From a virus: 64,000 bases of DNA. The stretch is taken from IMG/VR virus record IMGVR_UViG_3300009128_000008, positions 20,696 through 84,695 of that record. One strand, written 5' to 3'. Below the pieces are notes generated by a model. The model saw only the letters and a program-made list of their open reading frames with translations, searched no databases and was not told the DNA's origin. Positions 59,279 to 64,000 of this stretch are shown here, piece after piece (the first letter of the stretch is position 1; every line of letters begins with the position of its first letter). A program made the position numbers and the translations under genes.

Positions 59279-60529
59279 TTACTCAATTATTTTGCTTTTC
59301 TCAACTATCCATTGAATAGTCGCCTCATCCCTTAATGAGGCTATCATACCAAATAGAGATCCGTCTTTCTGAGCCCTCGACAAAACTTCATCACCATTTT
59401 GTCCCATGGCATCTGCTCTCGCTTTAATATTTCGAAGCAACTCGTCATCTGAAAACATTGCCTCAGGTTCGGCCTCTCTAATCGAATCTAGAATTAAAGA
59501 TAATTTAACACTCTGCTTTGCCCTCTCATTCAAAGCCGCTTTATGTTCATCCTCTAACTTTTCCCAGTCCATGCGCTGCTGTCTGGCCAGATTCTGAGAC
59601 TCCATAAGCATCAACCAAGGAGGTACCTCAAAATCATGTGCCTCTACCAATTTAGTAATAATCTGCTGAGCAATCATTTGATGTTTTACCAAATCCAGCT
59701 GTCTGCATGCTGTTGCTTGTACTTCTTGTCTTAGCTTATCATATGATTCTTGCCCCAGTTTCTTGGCAAACTCATCATCTAATGCGCAGGGAATAGTTTT
59801 TGTGCCCATATGTACGGTGGCATCAAACTTAGCTCGCTTGTCACGATACTTTTCAACCGGCATATCGTCACCAAAAATTATATCAAACTTTCTATTCTCT
59901 CCGGCCGTCATTCCGTATAACTGCTTATCAAAATCCGGTATTAAGTTCTGGCCAACATCATACAACATACCCTCTTTGGACATCTCTTCAACTTTTTCGC
60001 CGTCTATCATGCAGCTAAAATCTAAAGTAATCTGATCTCCCGCCTGTACAAAATCACCATCACCATATGGAACCACGTCTCCATGACGAACGCGTAAATC
60101 CTGCATCATCTTTTCAGTTAAATCAGCTGAAGTATGCTCCTGATGTGGCTTGGGAATTTCAAACTCAGTATATTGCTTCAGCTCAAACTCGGGCTTTTTA
60201 AGAAACACCAAATCACACCAAAAATTAGACCCATCAATAACCGTATTAAATACCTGAGGATATCCAATTGGCTTCATTTTAGTCTCGAACACCACGTCAT
60301 CATAAGCGTGTGCAACTAATTCTTGAATCACCGCCTCATCAATCTGCTTTTTATATGCAGAAATAATTGCGGCATCACTCGCTTTACCCGGACGAAAGCC
60401 TGGGACCTTTAATTTTTGCTTCTTAATATTTTTGACAATACTTTCCCGTTTCTCATCTACTACATCGGGGTCAGCAACATAATGTACTTTTACCTTACAA
60501 TATTCAAACTCATCACATTGGAGTGGCAT
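59279..60529 (-). CDS. tig: Trigger factor (ribosome-associated chaperone/PPIase)
   Basis: VPGFRPGKA ribosome-binding signature, FKBP-like GDQITLDF..IPDFDKQLYGM.AGE, LDDEFAK and HDFEVP. Confidence 0.92.
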   Translation of the reverse strand: MPLQCDEFEYCKVKVHYVADPDVVDEKRESIVKNIKKQKLKVPGFRPGKASDAAIISAYKKQIDEAVIQELVAHAYDDVVFETKMKPIGYPQVFNTVIDGSNFWCDLVFLKKPEFELKQYTEFEIPKPHQEHTSADLTEKMMQDLRVRHGDVVPYGDGDFVQAGDQITLDFSCMIDGEKVEEMSKEGMLYDVGQNLIPDFDKQLYGMTAGENRKFDIIFGDDMPVEKYRDKRAKFDATVHMGTKTIPCALDDEFAKKLGQESYDKLRQEVQATACRQLDLVKHQMIAQQIITKLVEAHDFEVPPWLMLMESQNLARQQRMDWEKLEDEHKAALNERAKQSVKLSLILDSIREAEPEAMFSDDELLRNIKARADAMGQNGDEVLSRAQKDGSLFGMIASLRDEATIQWIVEKSKIIE

Positions 60530-60548
60530 AATATCACCTTTTTTCTAA

Positions 60549-61385
60549 TTACCAACTAGTTGCGCCAAACTTACTAACATCGCCCTTGCTTTTCTCAACA
60601 ATCTCCTGACCAGCCTCACAAACATCAGCGTGATCACAGAAACGACATAGAGGAGATGTACTAGGGCGCCATAATTTCTCTGCCCTAATTTCATCGGCAA
60701 ACTTTAAAAATTGTTTTTCTACAGACATTACCTCTTCTCGGGAATATTCTTTCATAATAGTCCCAAATTTATGTCGCATCAAAATATATGACGCGCGAAC
60801 TTTTTGTATGTCTGGATCCATCATACATATCGCATACGCATATGTCAAGAGCTGTAAATAATCACCAATCAAATATTTTTTATTCTTGGTGGTTTTATAG
60901 TCCGCAACATGAATAATATTATCATCATCGTTCTGTATGCGGTCAATAAATCCGTTCAGCAACACCTTTCCATCAATATCTATGTAGAACTTCTTTTCCA
61001 CATCGACAACTTCCGGAGCTTTTCCTGTCTTTTCTTCGTTGGAATAATTAATCAGATAGTCATTTAATAAGCCCCAGACCTCGCGCTTTTGTTCGTTATC
61101 CATCTTTCCAGAAAATGTTACACAAGAAATCTTAAAACATTCCGTCATCAGATCATTTAAAGATCCTTTATATCCCTCAATTATTTTGCGATGAAAATTT
61201 TCTACAACTTCATGAGCAAAACTTCCAAATATATGATGAGGCCATTCCTTTCTAGGTCGTTTTTCTATATATACATACCTATATTGGGCTTTGCACGTTT
61301 TAAATGTTTTTACCTTAGAAACACTTAGCCACATTCCATTATAGTTTTTCGGCTTATTTTTTAATACACTACTTTTAATTAACAT
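60549..61385 (-). CDS. PD-(D/E)XK RecB-family / Cas4-like exonuclease
   Basis: SVS...F..C, GSFAH, GFIDRI, ADYKT, QLLTYA and C-terminal CRFC-x5-C (four-Cys Fe-S staple pattern). Confidence 0.85.
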   Translation of the reverse strand: MLIKSSVLKNKPKNYNGMWLSVSKVKTFKTCKAQYRYVYIEKRPRKEWPHHIFGSFAHEVVENFHRKIIEGYKGSLNDLMTECFKISCVTFSGKMDNEQKREVWGLLNDYLINYSNEEKTGKAPEVVDVEKKFYIDIDGKVLLNGFIDRIQNDDDNIIHVADYKTTKNKKYLIGDYLQLLTYAYAICMMDPDIQKVRASYILMRHKFGTIMKEYSREEVMSVEKQFLKFADEIRAEKLWRPSTSPLCRFCDHADVCEAGQEIVEKSKGDVSKFGATSW

Positions 61386-61417
61386 AATATCTTACTTAAT
61401 ATAACTTACAATCAAAT

Positions 61418-62410
61418 TTAAATTAATCGGCGGCCAGCAAACGGTCTCCATTTATATACATGTTGGTCTCCCTGATTCCTCGACGAAAAAACCAGCCCCG
61501 TCAATATACTGGTCTCTCTATTAGGTGTGTAAGGCTCCGTAGATATAATCCAACGCAAAACCTGGCTATCAAAATAATAATATGTCATCGTATTATCATT
61601 GGGATTAAAATATGTCCTAACCAAACTTCCAGTAACAGTTAGTCCCTCATACGCCGTGGTATCTTCTAATATACCGTCCTTAACTATCTCCGGATTCTCC
61701 AAAGAAAAATATTGGCGATTAATTATTGATGTACCCTCGTCAAATGGTTCGTCCCTAGAATCTTGATAAATTACCAGTGCTTTCGGATTAAAAAATCTGT
61801 CTTTGGGATTAGAAAATTCTGGCCTGTATTCCGTCTGAGGATCATCTATTATTACTTCCGCCGGCCTGGTTCCTATCCCATGCCCTCTTTCGCCTAAAAC
61901 GTTTGAATCCGAATATTTAATCTCGTATGATGTTATCGGCTCATCTGTCTCATTTGCATATGTTCCCGTTCCAGTTCCATCAAAGCCGTCAGGAATGCCG
62001 GGTACATCAGGGGCATCTACAGGTGGTTCGGCTATATTGCCATACACTACTGGTAATGTAGGTGTCGGATCACCATAAGGAAACATCGGAAGAGTGCCAG
62101 GGCCCTCTGTTGTCATGTCTACTTCGTCCTGAGCTTGACGCAAAATTACTATGTCTGGCTGATAAGTACGCGTAATTATTGAAGAAGAATCAACCCCATC
62201 TGTAGCAAACACCTTAAACACAACGGTTGTTTGGTTCGTGGGCAGCTCTAATTCGCCCCCTATATAAACGGAAGAGGATGTTGTGGGATCTGTTCCGTCC
62301 AAAGTATAGAAGATCGTTGACGGAATATTGGTCGTCATCGAAATACTTATAGGAATCCCAGAAATTAACTGGACAGACGACTCAGAGATGGTTATTGTAA
62401 CAACTGCCAT
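61418..62410 (-). CDS. Probable virion protein with an Fn3-associated/chitobiase-like Ig domain
   Basis: TIFYTLDGTDPTTSSSVY..L....VFKVFA. Confidence 0.6.
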   Translation of the reverse strand: MAVVTITISESSVQLISGIPISISMTTNIPSTIFYTLDGTDPTTSSSVYIGGELELPTNQTTVVFKVFATDGVDSSSIITRTYQPDIVILRQAQDEVDMTTEGPGTLPMFPYGDPTPTLPVVYGNIAEPPVDAPDVPGIPDGFDGTGTGTYANETDEPITSYEIKYSDSNVLGERGHGIGTRPAEVIIDDPQTEYRPEFSNPKDRFFNPKALVIYQDSRDEPFDEGTSIINRQYFSLENPEIVKDGILEDTTAYEGLTVTGSLVRTYFNPNDNTMTYYYFDSQVLRWIISTEPYTPNRETSILTGLVFSSRNQGDQHVYKWRPFAGRRLI

Positions 62411-62502
62411 GATGAATTATATTTTCCTGCGCACAAATTTGTCGATGTGGTTATACTATTATATACCATAAAAGCGGCAGACAATAATATTTGTAGGTAG
62501 TT

Positions 62503-62808
62503 ATGGCAAAGAAAAACTTAATGCAAAAGGCGGCGGCCAATTATTATAAAAAATACGCCACCAATCAAATAACAATAAATGAATTGTTAAAAGGATTAGC
62601 TGAAATATCTAACAAAAACTATGATGCCGATATGCTCATTATGACTATTTTAACTGATGTAATGGGTAAAGAGATTGCAGAACTTATGGCTAATGCGGAT
62701 AAACTAGAGCCAGAAGATTTAGAAAAATTAAAAGAAAATCGTGAGACCGCAGAAAAAAAGTTCGAGGAAGCAAAGAAAGTTACGGAAAACTTGGTTAAAG
62801 ATAAATAA
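62503..62808 (+). CDS. Hypothetical protein
   Basis: 101-aa ORF with AGGT upstream; first gene after the strand switch. Confidence 0.7.
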   Translation: MAKKNLMQKAAANYYKKYATNQITINELLKGLAEISNKNYDADMLIMTILTDVMGKEIAELMANADKLEPEDLEKLKENRETAEKKFEEAKKVTENLVKDK

Positions 62809-62945
62809 TTTTTTTGTTATATATGAATAAAAGAATATAATCTTACATCTAATGTAAATATTGGAGTATTTTTCACATGATTAGCTCAGTCAAAACCAGA
62901 ACCTATATTGCCGCACATTTGGCGTGCAATCTAGATTTGTGTTCT

Positions 62946-63036
62946 GGGGGTGCTGAGCATAGGCGGGCTCACCTGGCTGTAAACCAGACGTCACTTAACA
63001 GGGCCACTGCTGGTTCGACTCCGGCCGCCCCCACCA
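62946..63036 (+). tRNA. tRNA-Tyr(GTA)
   Basis: Acceptor GGGGGTG/CGCCCCC, D stem GAGC/GCTC, anticodon arm CTGG-CTGTAAA-CCAG, long variable arm, T arm GCTGG-TTCGACT-CCGGC and encoded ACCA. Confidence 0.88.
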
Positions 63037-63044
63037 ATAAACCA

Positions 63045-63182
63045 TGGCCCGGTATGTCAGCGGGAACAGGGTTATTTAGTATTCGTCAACATAAGTCTTT
63101 GGAACAGAATCTCGATACTACGTAACCCCGGCCAGTCTAATAAGTTTTTTAACCCAATGACTGGCCGGTCGTTGGGTTTTTT
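63045..63182 (+). promoter_or_regulatory. Structured RNA with competing antiterminator and terminator (attenuator/riboswitch-like)
   Basis: CCGGCCAGTC (63128-37) pairs with GACTGGCCGG (63159-68), which overlaps the terminator AACCCAATGAC/GTCGTTGGGTT plus T-run. Upstream nested stems are GGGTTA/TAACCC and TAGTAT/ATACTA. Confidence 0.6.
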
Positions 63183-63190
63183 GCTTTCTG

Positions 63191-63466
63191 GTGGCTAAAA
63201 TGACTAAAATCAAAATCTCAAAAAGAACTCTCAGCAAACTAAAAAGGAAAATTCTAAGAAAAGAATTCCTAAAACTATGTGAAAAAACCGGACCGCTTCC
63301 TACGGCTATGATTGTTCCAAAAGATTTTACAGAAGAAGATTTAAAACAAAAACGACAACAAGAGTTTTTCGAATTCGCAAAAGAAGTAGGCGAATTCCCT
63401 ACATCCGTACTAGCAACATCACAACCACCATCAGAAGGAGAAGATAAAGATGAGCAGGATGAGTAG
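63191..63466 (+). CDS. Small charged hypothetical protein
   Basis: 91-aa ORF directly after the terminator; basic N-terminus and acidic C-terminus. Confidence 0.6.
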   Translation: MAKMTKIKISKRTLSKLKRKILRKEFLKLCEKTGPLPTAMIVPKDFTEEDLKQKRQQEFFEFAKEVGEFPTSVLATSQPPSEGEDKDEQDE

Positions 63467-63495
63467 AAAGAAACATTCGGGTCCAAAACAAATTT

Positions 63496-63569
63496 GGGGC
63501 CGAAGCATTGTGGGGATGCACCTGGCTTTTAACCAGGAGAGCAGGGTTCGATTCCCTGTGGCCCTACCA
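63496..63569 (+). tRNA. tRNA-Lys(TTT)
   Basis: Acceptor GGGGCCG/TGGCCCT, D stem GCAT/ATGC, anticodon arm CCTGG-CTTTTAA-CCAGG, T arm CAGGG-TTCGATT-CCCTG and ACCA. Confidence 0.9.
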
Positions 63570-63583
63570 AAGAAAGGTAAAAA

Positions 63584-63877
63584 ATGGAAATAGGCGGAGA
63601 CGATATTACTTTTGATGACATTCAACCAGATACAATAGTAAAAACTATACAAGCAATAAAAAGGTTTTGGCCAGATCATATAATAGAAAACGATGGAGAA
63701 ATCGAATACTTTATATACAAAGACTTAGATGCATATGATAGCTGGGAAAAATTCGGAGCAACAACAGAAAATGAAAATAGTATGATTTATGTAATAGTTT
63801 TAGGGTCTTCGGCAACTTTTGTAGTAGGCAATAGAGAATCAGATATTGGGAGGCTAATTATAGAAAGCGCAAAGTAA
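63584..63877 (+). CDS. Hypothetical protein
   Basis: 97-aa ORF with AAGG upstream. Confidence 0.7.
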   Translation: MEIGGDDITFDDIQPDTIVKTIQAIKRFWPDHIIENDGEIEYFIYKDLDAYDSWEKFGATTENENSMIYVIVLGSSATFVVGNRESDIGRLIIESAK

Positions 63878-64000
63878 CAGTTCGAATCTACGCATACCCC
63901 GCCAAATAAGTATGACTACACGAAAATATACAATAAATAGGCGGGTATTTTTAAACGAGGATGAGTTATCATTCTATTTACTAGGAGCTATCATGTCAGA

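Noticed and set aside
60549-61385. CRISPR-Cas system suggested by the Cas4-like nuclease
   Set aside because: I saw no repeat-spacer array or other cas genes; solo Cas4/RecB-like nucleases are common in phages.
41-61642. The many short plus-strand ORFs and nested minus-strand ORFs in the track
   Set aside because: They are shadows of long minus-strand genes, with no recognisable motifs.
62946-63036. Selenocysteine or suppressor tRNA (91 nt, long variable arm)
   Set aside because: The anticodon is GTA with a 7-bp acceptor stem, and a long variable arm is normal for bacterial tRNA-Tyr.
63876-63904. Third tRNA (GTTCGAATC followed by CCCCGCCA)
   Set aside because: No full T stem, anticodon arm or matching acceptor 5' strand; at most a remnant.
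1-64000. Stop-codon reassignment
   Set aside because: Conserved genes (dnaE, terL, recA, tig) are full length in the standard code, and TAA, TAG and TGA all end genes at tight junctions.

Overview
This window is 64 kb of an AT-rich, large (jumbo-type) tailed dsDNA phage genome. Almost all genes from 1 to 62.4 kb lie on the minus strand, and standard stop codons are used. The 2.5-47.8 kb region is an unusually large head module: HK97-type major capsid protein, two paralogous decoration-like proteins, a 1233-aa prohead protease/scaffold, portal, GpA-like large terminase and about 25 uncharacterised probable internal-head proteins. Several enzymes are embedded in it (IscS-type cysteine desulfurase, Cys-dependent phosphatase, GH73-like glycosidase, CCA/poly(A) nucleotidyltransferase, PIN-PhoH), along with homing endonucleases. 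The 48-61.4 kb region holds replication, recombination and chaperone genes (primase, DnaJ, RuvC-like, gp32-like SSB, RecA, DnaE, trigger factor, Cas4/RecB-like nuclease). After 62.5 kb the strand switches, with tRNA-Tyr, tRNA-Lys and an attenuator-like RNA. The most interesting pattern is that the uncharacterised head-module proteins share short tags. These are a recurrent hydrophobic-x-K-x-A motif (candidate prohead-protease site), a ~45-aa AHP..VAP..VE..H module also found in the scaffold, and a ~25-aa helical-hairpin motif. Some candidate cleavages would expose Gly-rich hydrophobic N-termini. Together this suggests a protease-addressed capsid cargo-loading and ejection system. All calls come from reading motifs by eye, with no database searches, so novelty is unverified.
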